The notes under the pieces are model-generated. The model was not told the DNA's origin. It did not search any database and saw only the letters and a list, made by a program, of their open reading frames with translations. The translations under genes were made by a program, and so were the position numbers. This document shows positions 25,766-37,001 of a DNA stretch of 64,000 nucleotides, piece by piece (the stretch's first letter is position 1; each line of letters begins with the position of its first letter). Source of the stretch: Anthoceros angustus (Eukaryota > Plantae > Anthocerotophyta); contig VJWM01000063.1 in the NCBI GenBank assembly GCA_010909165.1, positions 682,001-746,000 on the forward strand, in the 5' to 3' direction.

Positions 25766-26934
25766 CTAGTCTGTCTTGCTTTCCTCGATGTTTGGGCCAG
25801 CAGAGGAGTTCTGCGTGGACGGGGAAGGAGTCGGAGAAGAGGAGTCTTGCCTCGGGTTCAAGGCAAGCTGCAGGGAATATAGAGTGAGTCCTACCGAGTT
25901 GGCAGCGAACACGAATGTTGACAAGTAGCATAGCCCGTTGATTATGGTCCTGCAAGCAAACACAGCATATCCACATGTTTGGATGCCTCAACCCCCACTT
26001 GGGGAAAACAAGAAAGACACTTGCAGAGGAACAGATGATTCCAGATGTTACCTTACAGTCACAGTGATGTTCCTAACCTGCAGGGGAAGGGACGGCACAC
26101 GGAGAGTGAGATAGGATTGAATCCATGAATCCATGCAAGCATTTTTTCCTGTGCATTCTTCCACACCATCGTTACATAACATCGTCACAGAAAAGAAGGA
26201 GAAGCCATGATTTGTGAGTACCGAGTAGTTGGGAGAGACGGCCTGCCCTGCAAATGATGCCTCCACGGTGATAGCGAACTGGTAGAGCAGGAAGGCGATG
26301 GCACCGGCCACCACGGCACCAGACAGGGTCTGGAGAGCGGAGGGAGGCGGGGCTTCGATTTCCGGCTCCTGCTGGAGGCTCAGGAGGGCAGCTCGCCTGG
26401 CATCCTCTGCTCGCTGCGCGCCTGAGGAGCGGAATTGCTGGATGCAAGGACAGGCACACGCACAGGGTGAAGTCAGAAGGGCGGAAGAGTAGCAGAGAAG
26501 GAAGGCAAGGGAGACCCGGAGGGAGCATCTCGCACCAATTCCTTGGCCCGCTTCAGACGCTTTTGCACAGCCCGGAAGAGCAGGAATGCGAGCACTCCCG
26601 TGAGGGCGAAGCTGGCTCCGATTTGGAGAGGGGAGAACTCGGAAACGTTGGCCAGAGGGTCGAACTCCAGCTCCGGGGGCAGCTCCACGGGGCCCTCCTC
26701 CACGGCGAGGCTGGCGATGGCGTCAGCAAGCTGCATGAGCTCGGTGGGTATGGCCTTCGCTGTCTGCAACCGTTGGCTGCTCGACGCCCTCCTGCTCCAG
26801 GGACGGGAAGGGAATGGCGACGTCTGTAACATAGAACAGCCCCCCACTTTGCTGCCCCATTCCGTCCTCCTGGCGCTTCTTCCTGTTCCCGGGAATTGCA
26901 ACTGACTGCAGACTGTACATGCGGCAGCAGCCAT
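25766..26934 (-). CDS. DUF3082-family plastid membrane protein, 274 aa, 4 exons (26536-26934, 26222-26437, 26052-26077, 25766-25949)
   Basis: GT-AG splicing gives an 825-nt open frame with a transit-peptide-like N-terminus and VRNITVTVRTIINGLCYLSTFVFAANSVGLTLYSLQL, typical of DUF3082. Confidence 0.85.
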
Positions 26935-27719
26935 CCTGAGACTGTGGCTGAGCCTGAGCGCCTCAGCGGAAATACGTTTGTTTCAGGAGATGGGTCTGGA
27001 ATTCCGGTCTTCCCATCCTGGATTAGATAAGCACGAGATTTGCTTCCCGGAGCATGGGAAAGTGATGGGTGGCCTCGAGGCGGAGCAGCGATGACAGGAC
27101 ATGGTCATGTGGGCGGGAACTTGCCGCTCTTCTGGCTGCAGCTTGGGAGGTGCAGTCCCTGCTCTCGTGTGGAAGCGTGGTGCAGGCGGCTGTCGGGATT
27201 GCGGGGCTCGGTTGAGTCCCGTGAATTTGTGGGTAAGCGCAGAGTTAAGTTGGGTCGTCATGCAGTTTAGGATTGGAGAGATGCTCATGTGTTCAGATGG
27301 CTTGCAGGCAGCAGCACTGCGGGGAAGGAGATGCTGGGAAAGTTGCAGGAGGAGCCTTGCGAAGATGGCTGCAGTGAGGTAAAAAAGAAAAGAAAAGATT
27401 GTGGGCTGTCTGTTTGGCAGAGCTGGGTGCTGGTGATTTGCAGTTTGCAGAATGACCTCTGGTGATCATCACAGAGCAACCTCAAGCATTCGGGACTATT
27501 GCACAGGACAGCAAAAGCACACGAAACAGCTGCTCCTCGTTGGCTTAACCCTTGTTGGGAGGGGGAATTGTACTCTACGGGTGGCAGATGTTCTGAAGGA
27601 TTGGTCCTAGGGGCTGGTAGCTCAGAAAGGTACTTGGCATATTCTGAGCCTGTGGCGATTATGCTGTGCCAAGTTCAGTGGGGTGGTTCTCTGACTCTTG
27701 ATTGTCTAGATTGGCAGGT

Positions 27720-30149
27720 ATGCTTGAATCTGGAGCATGGAATGATCTCTGTGAAGAAGGACATCTTCATGAGGCCTTCCTAGTGCTGGACAAACTGAGC
27801 CGGCATGGCACCTTCGTTGCCAGAGCCACCTTGTATCGGATTCTGAAGGAGTGCATTTCGAAGAAGGACTTGGTTGTCGGAAGACTCGTGCATGCTCTTT
27901 GTATTAGAGTAGGGTACGAGTTGAATCCGTTTCTGGGGAACCATATCATCCGTATGTATGCTTCCAACGGGAGTTTGTTGGAAGCAAAGGAAGTGTTCAG
28001 CAGACTGCCGGCACCTAATGCGTTTGTTTGGGCTGCAATTATATCAGCACACTGTGAGCATGGGCGGGCCATGGAGGCCATTGATCTGTATTGGCAGATG
28101 CGACAATCTGCCGTGGAGCCACATTCTTATGTCTTTGTTGCTGTGCTCAAGGCATGCGCAAGTGCGGTAGACCTTGGTGCAGGCAGGCTGGTCCATAGTG
28201 ACGTGATAGACAGTGGATTGGAGTTGAACCTGCATGTTGGAAGCGCCCTTGTGGACATGTACTGCAAATGCGGCAGCTTGGCGGATGCTCGCAGTGTGTT
28301 TGAAAGATTGCCCACTCGGGACGTGGTGACATGGAGTGCCCTCATTGCAGGTTATTCACAGCATGGTCTGGGTAAAGAAGCCCTTGTGTTATATGAGCGG
28401 ATGCACCAAGAGAAGCTACCAGCAAATGATGTTACCTATACTAGCATCTTAAAAGCCTGTGGCAGCATTGGAGCCGTACAGGAGGGCAGACGGATCCATG
28501 CTGAGATAGAGAAGCGCAAAGTGGAAGCAGATATCTATGTCTCCAATGCCCTCCTTGACATGTATTGCAAATGTGGAAGCTTTGCAGATGCACGCAGAGT
28601 GTTTGATAGGCTGCCAAGCAAAGATGTGGTGACATGGAATGCCATGATTGCAGGATGTGCTCAGCATGGGCTGGACCAGGAAGCCCTGGAACTTTATAGC
28701 CAAATGCAAGATGGTGGTCTGATGCCAGATAGTGTTACCTTCGTGAGCGTCCTGAAAGGTTGTACCAACTTGTGTGACATTAAACAGGGTAAGGTGGTCC
28801 ATGCACGGATCTCAGACAGTGGGTTAGAGTCAGATGCGTTTGTAGGGAGTGCACTGGTAGGCATGTATGCGAAATGTGGGAGCTTGGAGGAAGCTTGCAG
28901 CGTCTTCGACAGACTGCATACAAGGAATCTGGTGACATGGAATGCTATGATCGGAGGATATGCTCAGCAAGGACTTGGTGAGCAAGCTCTCAAACTCTTT
29001 GAGAGTATGCAAGGGGAAGGTGCAGTGCCAGATACCTTCACCCTCGTGAGCGTTCTAAAAGCATGTGGGAGTAGCGCAGCCATAGCACAGGGGAGGCAGA
29101 TCCATTCCCAAATAGTGAATGGGAACTGGGATGCAGACGAAATGGTGGGTAATGCTCTGGTTAACATGTATGCTAAATGCGGGAGTATGGAGGAGGCTCA
29201 ACAGGCTTTCAGCAGCCTATCGACGAAAAGTGTTGTGACATGGAATGCGCTGATCAATGGGTATGCACAGCACAATGACTACAAAATGGTAGTGCAATGC
29301 TTTGACAGTATACAAGGCTATGGCATCCAGCCTGATGCTGCCACATATACTTCTCTCCTTGTTGCTTGCAGTCACGTGGGCCTTGTAGAAGAGGGTGAGA
29401 AGTACTTCCGAATCATGTCAGATAAGCACGGCATCAATCCATCAGTTGAGCATTACAACTGCATGGTTGATCTACTTGGCAGGGCAGGTCGCTTACTAGA
29501 GGCCGAGAGTTTGCTGAAATCCATGCCTTTTGGGCCCCAGAGTGTTGGCTTGAGGTCGCTTCTAACTGCGTGCAAGCTGCACCGCAATGTGGAGATTGGA
29601 CGACGCTGCTTTGACCAGCTTGTGAAAATAGAACCTCAACTATCTGCAGGTTACATTCTTATGTCCAACATATACCAGGATGCTGGCCTGATAGATGACT
29701 ACAATTACATAGAATTCCTGAGGAAGGCTGCAGGAGCTCAGACGAAGGCTGCCATGGCAACAATAGAAGTGCAGAACAAGGTGTACGAGTTTGTTGTTGG
29801 AGAGCAGAGAGATGATACCTCTGGTAAGTTGCAAAGCCTGAATTCACGAGCTGCTGGGGAAGATGATCCGGTTACACAGTCAGTGGCACGTTCTTACCAG
29901 ATGCAAGATGGTAAGAAGATGCAAGATGCCCTCTGTGGACACGCAGAGAAACTGGCTTTAGCCTTCGGACTGCTCAACACACCTCAAAACTCGACCCTTG
30001 TTGTGACGAAGAATCTGCGAATGTGCAGTGACTGTCACAGGGGCACTAAGGTCATCTCCAGAATTGAGAGACGAGAGATAATTGTTGCAGACGAGCATCG
30101 TGTGCATCACTTCAAGGATGGGGTGTGCTCCTGTGGAGATTACGGATGA
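27720..30149 (+). CDS. PLS-class PPR protein with E1/E2 and a DYW:KP-type deaminase domain (candidate organellar RNA editing factor); an upstream transit-peptide exon is possible near 27281-27378
   Basis: About 17-18 P/L/S repeats (VVTWNAMIAG, TFVSVLKAC, VGSALVDMYCKCG), P2-L2-S2, E1/E2, then KAAMATIEV (29745), LCGHAEKLA (29940), KNLRMCSDCH and HHFKDGVCSCGDYG*. Confidence 0.95.
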   Translation: MLESGAWNDLCEEGHLHEAFLVLDKLSRHGTFVARATLYRILKECISKKDLVVGRLVHALCIRVGYELNPFLGNHIIRMYASNGSLLEAKEVFSRLPAPNAFVWAAIISAHCEHGRAMEAIDLYWQMRQSAVEPHSYVFVAVLKACASAVDLGAGRLVHSDVIDSGLELNLHVGSALVDMYCKCGSLADARSVFERLPTRDVVTWSALIAGYSQHGLGKEALVLYERMHQEKLPANDVTYTSILKACGSIGAVQEGRRIHAEIEKRKVEADIYVSNALLDMYCKCGSFADARRVFDRLPSKDVVTWNAMIAGCAQHGLDQEALELYSQMQDGGLMPDSVTFVSVLKGCTNLCDIKQGKVVHARISDSGLESDAFVGSALVGMYAKCGSLEEACSVFDRLHTRNLVTWNAMIGGYAQQGLGEQALKLFESMQGEGAVPDTFTLVSVLKACGSSAAIAQGRQIHSQIVNGNWDADEMVGNALVNMYAKCGSMEEAQQAFSSLSTKSVVTWNALINGYAQHNDYKMVVQCFDSIQGYGIQPDAATYTSLLVACSHVGLVEEGEKYFRIMSDKHGINPSVEHYNCMVDLLGRAGRLLEAESLLKSMPFGPQSVGLRSLLTACKLHRNVEIGRRCFDQLVKIEPQLSAGYILMSNIYQDAGLIDDYNYIEFLRKAAGAQTKAAMATIEVQNKVYEFVVGEQRDDTSGKLQSLNSRAAGEDDPVTQSVARSYQMQDGKKMQDALCGHAEKLALAFGLLNTPQNSTLVVTKNLRMCSDCHRGTKVISRIERREIIVADEHRVHHFKDGVCSCGDYG

Positions 30150-30468
30150 CCGTTGATGCCAATTGCTCCTTGGGCCTTTTTGGAATGTAAGGCAAGAAGC
30201 ATTCTCTAACCTGTCTTCAAAGACGACAAGTGAGATCGCCAGCGAAGGACACCACAAACGCAACAAGCATGTCCAACGTGGATAATCTGCTTGAATGCAG
30301 CGAGCCATGCAAATGCAATCTCGGTTAATCGATTGACGTTTGGAAGCATAGGCTATCCTTGAGATGTAAGAAGAGACATCCGTTGGCGGTGTTGCAACAA
30401 CGTATCTAAAGAAAGAGTCCCGTTGTTGTGTAGCGAACATGTGATTGTGTCTGCAACTTTGGGACACC

Positions 30469-31689
30469 ATGGCTTTGTTTGCAAGCATCTGCCCGCCGTG
30501 TGCCCTTGCCTCCATCAAACCCACTCACCATGCCGCAGCCGCTCCTCCGCCATCTCCCAGATGGTGGTCAGAGGCCAAGGGCTGGGCAGGAGCAGGGCGG
30601 GGACGTGGAGACACGGGCACCAGCAGAAGGCAGTTGCTGCTGCTGGCAACCCTCCTGCTGGGTGCACCTGAATCTGCAGTAGCTAAACAGCCGCCGGTGG
30701 TGGAAGAGCCTGCCACACCTAGGTGAGCTAGAGGCAGCCTGGAAGTGGGTGACATGAGTAGAGGATTGCATTGCATTTCAGGACTCAACATTGCATGGGC
30801 ACCATGTCCTTGGGCAGATTCCGGAAGACCCCCAGCGGAGTAAAAATACAAGGTGGTTCTGTTGCTTGCATGACTCCATTTCAGCCTAGCGCTGATCTGA
30901 GACCCGCCAAGACTGACTTTTTCGCGATTGGGTTGCTCAGATATCCTGGAAGGGGCCGGACCAGAGGCAAATGCAGGAGACGTGCTGGAATTCAACTACG
31001 TCCTCAGGCGTGCTAATGGGTACTACGTGTTCAGGTAAGAATCATCATCATCCCACTTCTTGTTTGCCAGCAGGGAGCAGGGAGCAGGGAGCAGGTAGCT
31101 GTGCAAGTGCATGGCTTAACTGCCTGGAACACGGCATGCAGCACCATCGACCAGTTCAGTGGGTCTAGTGAACCGGTGGTTCTGCCATTGGGTCAGGGCA
31201 AGGTGCGAATCCCTTCTCCCTTCTTCCTTCTGAGTCTCCTTTTCTTCTTCCACTAGCACCTGCTAACGTTCATAATGCAGATCATTTCGGGCTTGGAAGA
31301 AGTACTCTTGGGAATGAAGCCTGGAGGTAGGTGTGCTTGTACTTGTGAAATCCCTGGACTGTCACATGCTGTTCAATGAGAGCAAAAAACTGCATTTGCA
31401 TTTGCAACTGGCCTGTGCCTGTGCCTGCCACAGGAAAGAGGAGGGCATTGGTACCTCCAGATGTGGGCTATACAGACGTGAGTCTTGAGCCCCAGCCACA
31501 AGATGTAAGTAGGTGTATGCTTCCTTCTTTCCTCACTTTCCCAACATTCCCACCTTCTTCACTAAACTTCCCCTCCATTCCATTGCCGTGGCCGTTGCCG
31601 TTGCCATGCAGTTCGGCCCTCGAAGGAGCCTCTTCTCTCATGCTAAAGAGCCCCTGGTATTCGAAGTTCAGCTGATTAGGATCAAATAG
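30469..31689 (+). CDS. FKBP16-1: Thylakoid-lumen FKBP-type peptidyl-prolyl isomerase FKBP16-1, 212 aa, 7 exons
   Basis: Exons 30469-30722, 30818-30852, 30941-31034, 31142-31202, 31281-31326, 31434-31504 and 31612-31689 splice in frame. Twin-Arg lumen signal SRRQLLLL, FKBP motifs GLEEVLLGMKPGGKRRALVPPDVGY and FGPRRSLFSHAKEPLVFEVQL. Confidence 0.9.
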
Positions 31690-31959
31690 ATCAAATAGAC
31701 TGGCTAGCTGGCTTCCGTTGTTCCAAGAAAGCAGATATGGTGAGCTTGAATCTGATTCCTATCACCATGTCATTTCCATCACACTGGGTTTGTCCCTGGG
31801 ATGGCCGCTCGTTGGTTTCCCTGGTGCGAGTTACATGTGCGACCCCTGCCTCAATCAGTTCCAAATATCACTGACACAAACAACAATGCTCCTTGGGAGC
31901 AGCAGCATTATTCTGTACCAGACACGCTTCATAGCAAAGGCATCCAAGATCCTAGATCC

Positions 31960-33142
31960 ACGCGCATGTGTCCTCCCGTCCCGTCATCTCCTGCACATGA
32001 AAGAAGATAAACCACCCCACTGATCACACCTATTCACAACGCCGGGTGGAGGAGCTAAGGGCGGGGCAGGAGCAGGAACGGGAGGTGGAGACAAGGGCAC
32101 AAGCAGAAGGAAGCTGCTGCGGCTGGCAACTCTCCTGCTGGGTGCACCCGAAAATCTGGACTAGCTAAACAGCCGCCGACGATGGAAGAGCCTGCCAAAG
32201 CAAAGTGAGCTGGAGGCAGCCTGAAATTGGCATGGCATTCCATTGCAGGCTGTCTGAACATTGCATGGCCATCATGTCCTTGGACAGATTCCGGAAGACC
32301 GCCAGCGGAGTGGAAATACAAGGTGGTGCTGAAGCCCGCATGAATCCAATCCAGCCTAGCGCTGTTCTCAGACCCGCCAAGACTGACTTTGTTGCGATTA
32401 AGCTGCTCAGAATTTCGGGTAGGGGCAGGGCCAGAGGCAAATGCAGGAGATATGCTGGAATTCGACTATACCATCAGGCTTGCCGATGGGGTACCCGTGT
32501 ATGGGTGAAGAATCATCCTCCCACCTCTTGTTTGCTAGCAGCGAGCAGTTAATAGGTAGCTGTGCAAGTGAAACTTGACTGCCTGGAACACGGCATGCAG
32601 CACCATGAACTTCTTGGGGGGGCCTGATGAACCGGTGGTTCTGCTTTTGGGTCAGGGAAAGGTGGAAATCCCTTCTCCCTTCCTTCAGAATCTCTTCTTC
32701 TTCCACTAGCATCTGCTAACATTCGTCATGCAGATCGTTTCGGGGTTGGAAGAAGCTCTCATGGGAATGAAGCCTGGAGGTAGGTCTACTTGTGAAATCC
32801 ATGGACTACCACATGCTGTTCCAGTTGAGCTTGGTCCGTCAGGTCATGAGGGCATGAAACATCGTTCACATTTGCAACTGGCCTGTGCCACAGGAAATAG
32901 GAGAGTGTTGGTACCTCCAGATGTGGGCTACACTGACACGAGTCTTGAGCCCCAGCCACAAACTTCCATTCTTCCCCACTTTCAAAACATTCCTTCCTTC
33001 CTCACAAAACTTCCCCTCCATTCTCATTGCTGTGGCCGTTGCCATGCAGAATTTTGCTCGGGAGAGACTCCGCGAGCATGTTAAAGAGCCCCTGGCATTC
33101 CTAGTCCGGCTGGTTAGCATCAAAGAAGATCAAATGGACTGA
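31960..33142 (+). pseudogene. Diverged tandem pseudogene copy of FKBP16-1
   Basis: Exons and introns are collinear with 30469-31689 but carry many substitutions, a frameshift in exon 1 (~32150), a 1-nt loss in exon 3 and loss of the exon-6 donor (~32960). Confidence 0.82.
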
Positions 33143-33523
33143 CTAGCTAGCTTCCTTTGTTCCAACAACGCAGATATTGTGAGCTTGAATATGATTCCCA
33201 CCACATTCTCATTTGATCACACCCGGTTGATCCTTGGAATGGGGCGGGCTGGTTTCTTCGTGCGAGATTGGTTTCTACGTGCCAGATTTGTTTTCTCATG
33301 CAAGCTCTTCAGGCTCGAAAGCTTAGTCAAGTTCATCCAATACCAAAACTCACGGACGTATTCGTTTGGAGTAGCATCACATCAGACAAAGCTCATGAGC
33401 TCATGCGCATAAGAGAAGATAAGCATTCTTGTCGTCCAGCTCCTGGTCCAACTGTCTTCACTCTTTCTCCAAATTCTTCCCCTCCTGCGGCTTGCCTTGG
33501 ATGCTGTAAACCGCAGACGTTCA

Positions 33524-34180
33524 ATGAGGACGCCATGCGGAGCCTTGGCCACAGGGAGCCTGTGTATGGCGGCCGCGCCGAGGCCCTACCTAGCCTGCTC
33601 CGACAGAAGCCGGAAGCTTCCCAGCTGCCACGCAATTCCGGCCTTGGCCTGCGGGATGCTCAAGCTCGGGAACAATGTACGAGGAGATAGGATCGGGATC
33701 CCCCGGGCGGGGGCCGGGGCTACCGCGCTCTTCAGCAGGAGCGACAGCGAGCTGGACGAACAAGGACTGGAGGTGCACACGGCTGTGGACGACTTAGATC
33801 TGGACCAGCTCAACACGCTCTTCGTCAGGGTAGGATTTCCAAGGCGGCAGAAGGAGAAGCTGGCCAAAGCACTGGACCATACCCTGGCTTTGGTATGGCT
33901 GGGGGAGGTCAGGTCCAAGCAGCTGGTGGCCTTCGCCAGGGCCACGGGAGACCACGTCTTCAATGCCGTCATCTGGGACGTGGTTGTGGATCCCTCCTAC
34001 CAGGGAATCGGGTTAGGGAAGGTGGTGATGGAGCGGCTCATGTCGCAGCTGATCGCCAGAGGCATCAGCAACATTGCTCTGTACGCGGAGCCTAACGTCG
34101 TTTCCTTCTACAAGCCCCTCGGCTTCGTGCCTGATCCTGATGGCATCCGCGCCATGGCCTACTCTCGCCGACCAAGGTAG
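33524..34180 (+). CDS. SNAT2: Plastid GNAT acetyltransferase, serotonin N-acetyltransferase 2 / GNAT1 type (single exon)
   Basis: LDLDQLNTLFVRVGFPRR, FARATGDHVFNAVIWDVVVDPSYQGIGLGK (acetyl-CoA motif A) and ALYAEPNVVSFYKPLGFVPDPDGIRAM; transit-peptide-like N-terminus. Confidence 0.9.
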   Translation: MRTPCGALATGSLCMAAAPRPYLACSDRSRKLPSCHAIPALACGMLKLGNNVRGDRIGIPRAGAGATALFSRSDSELDEQGLEVHTAVDDLDLDQLNTLFVRVGFPRRQKEKLAKALDHTLALVWLGEVRSKQLVAFARATGDHVFNAVIWDVVVDPSYQGIGLGKVVMERLMSQLIARGISNIALYAEPNVVSFYKPLGFVPDPDGIRAMAYSRRPR

Positions 34181-34447
34181 ATGAGTGTCAGCAGAATGTC
34201 TTCCCATTCTTCTTCAGGCTCGGCCTGAGTACAATATAGACATGCATCACACCTTCCAGCTTTTGCTTCATTCAGCTTGGACGGCAAGGCAAACAAACCA
34301 AAAGTATCAACCCTTGCTGGACCTATTCACAAGTAGGTAGGGTAGTAGACTAGCTTTGTCTATTAACACGGCCCTGCAACAACCTGAGATAGAGTAGTGT
34401 ACATTTGTTGCCCATGCGGGTCTTCGGGTCTTGCCCTGCCTCCACCC

Positions 34448-36512
34448 CTAACCGGACATCCTCGGGCCCGCTGGAGCAGCTTGAGGGCCTCCCCGTTGGG
34501 CTCTCATGGCCTTGGATTGGGCAAGCATTTCATCGTAGTTCTGATATCACCATGAGAGAGGGTTAGGAGGAGACGAGGCCAGAAATCGTCACATCCAGTC
34601 CACGTCCAAACAAGTGGAAGAAGAATAACGAGAACTTTTTACCCGTTTCTCCATTGCAACCCCACGGGTTTCGATGACCTTGTCTGCAAGGCCGTAGTCC
34701 ATCGCCTCTTGGGCTCTGAAATATTTCGGTCGTTGGATGTCGTGGGCGATTTGTTCGCGACTCTTTCCGGTACCCTTTGCCAGCAGGTCGATGTAGTAGT
34801 TGGTGTTTGCATCCAACTCCTTGGCCTGAGGACATGTTGTTAGCGGCGGTGCGTTCCTAACCAAGCCCATCAAACACGGAGTGAGTTCAAGTACCTTAAT
34901 CCACATGTCGATTGCAGCGCCACTGGATTGGTTCACCTTCGGTGAGTACAACTTAGCTGCAGACATTGAAGTATGAACCGCTCAAGAGGAGGCTTTACAA
35001 CGCATCACCATACCGAGTCACACAAGAACTGCACTTACTGACGGAATTCGGTTGAACTGCTCTGTAACCCTTCTCTCCAATGGAGAGCAACATGGCGGCT
35101 TGACCGAATGCCATGCCACAGTTCACCGTGTAGACTTTGGACTTGACATACTGCATCCAGCAAGGCGAGTTACGTACTTGCACCAGCCCACAAGATCCAG
35201 ATACATCAGAGGCAGGACACCATTTCTTTCCAGTAGAAACCGCACTTCAGGCAACGTGGACCTGACCATAAATAGACCAGATAGGGCATCTCAGTGCTTG
35301 GTCTGTTTATGATCAGGCACAAGAAAAGAGTGCACATACAGCGATTGTGTCGGCAATGGCGTAGGCTTCGGTTTCAAAGCCAATGCTCTCCCTCTTGTCA
35401 TTCTGCGCAGGTTAACCGAAAAGACATGGTCAGGCATGAGGGGATAGGTCTCCATCCTTTGGAAACAGTCAGAACGTACTTTCCGAGCAACCTCACCTGT
35501 GTTCCAGGTGAATTGATGTAGAAATAGATGGGTTTTGCGGGATTATCAAAATCCAACCACAGCAACTCAGCAATCACAAGCTCAGTGACAGCTGGGACTA
35601 TCTGCACATCAACGCCGGAAACCGTGTTGATGTCGCATGTCGGAACATCAGCACCAATCGAAGCAACATCAAAACGATGAGCACAGCCACTGCAACCACA
35701 ACAATGCATTGCACACACTCTCACCGGCATTCCCAGGTAACAAATCCTTGCATCCAGAAGCAGCGAAGGCAGATCTGGAGGAGCAGTCTTCGGCCTTCCA
35801 TACCCACCACCGCCTCTGTACATGCTCACACTCATGCTCAACCGAGAAGAACTATTCTTCAGCTGGTTAAGATTCCACAACCCAGTCCCTTCTTTGTAAT
35901 TTTTCGCTGACGAAATAGAGTCCTGCATCCATCCCACCATCCAAACCGCTCTCAGCAGGCCACCAAAACCGTCAACCTCCCCTTCCAAACGAATCCAACC
36001 TACCTTCCCACGACACTCACTCTAACAACCCGATACCTCAGTGACGCCTTCAAACTGCTTCCTCATGGGACTGTCCTCCGTCATAAACATGTCCATCTGC
36101 GAGGGAGTCAATCCAAACAGATGTTTCGGAACATTCTGAAAATTCTCCGCCACTGCACACACCCAAACACACAACCAACACATCGTCCTCATCATCGTCA
36201 ACCCCTTCCAACGCCACAAACCAGTCCCCCTCCCCCACGCCCCCAACACCTACATGCTTCATCAAGATTCTCCTGCCGAAATTGCTTGGGAATATGATCA
36301 AACGAAGCCCTGGCCACGGCCACCCGTCCCCTTACAGCCCGCGTGGGGCATCTCTGTGCTACAAAACCCTGCCTTCTTCCCAAAAACGCACTCCCAATCC
36401 CCGCCCCCTCCCCGGCAAACACACTCCTGTACTGCCTGCTCCTGGGCAATCCTAAGCTGGTGCCCACTGTCCCTCCAGCTGCAGAACTCTGCGCAGCCAT
36501 AGCCAAGGCCAT
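34448..36512 (-). CDS. CLPR1: Chloroplast Clp protease non-catalytic subunit ClpR1 (9 exons)
   Basis: Spliced peptides ASFDHIPKQFR, QMDMFMTEDSP, TAPPDLPSLLLDARICYLGMP, IVPAVTEL, ETEAYAIAD, VYTVNCGMAFGQAAMLLS, SSGAAIDMWIK, AKELDANT and NYDEMLAQSKAMR..MSG*. Confidence 0.93.
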
Positions 36513-37001
36513 CCTCCCCAGATCACGCTCCCTTCCAAATGCTCCACACCAGAAGCTCTCCTCCCCGAACCTTCCCGGCACCTTCCCGCTGGCCAGCAAG
36601 CGGCGCGCCCCTTCCTGCCGCTTCCCTTCGCTTGGTCTGAGATTTTTCACCACGGCTGCGGCGTGTCTCGTCGGCAAATTCCCAGCGTCAGTCGCTGATT
36701 CTGGAATACGAGTGATCAGACGCCCGTTTGTCTAAGTTTTATTGATGTAATGTCCAATCGGGTAGACGTAATTTTTGTTTATACGCGCCCGCACGGTCAG
36801 TGAGAGCTGCTTTCCAAGGCGCTTGGGAGGGAAACTTGCGAAAGCGCGTGGCTGGGATCCTGAGGCTTCAAGAGCGGAGAATTCAAGTGCCGCTGGCTGC
36901 GTTTGTGTGCGATTTCACGCCTCGATTCGCGTCTCATAGTTAGTGGATCGCAGCCTGCTGTTGGGAGGTTCCCGTCGCCGGGTTTTTTCACGAGGCTCTC
37001 C

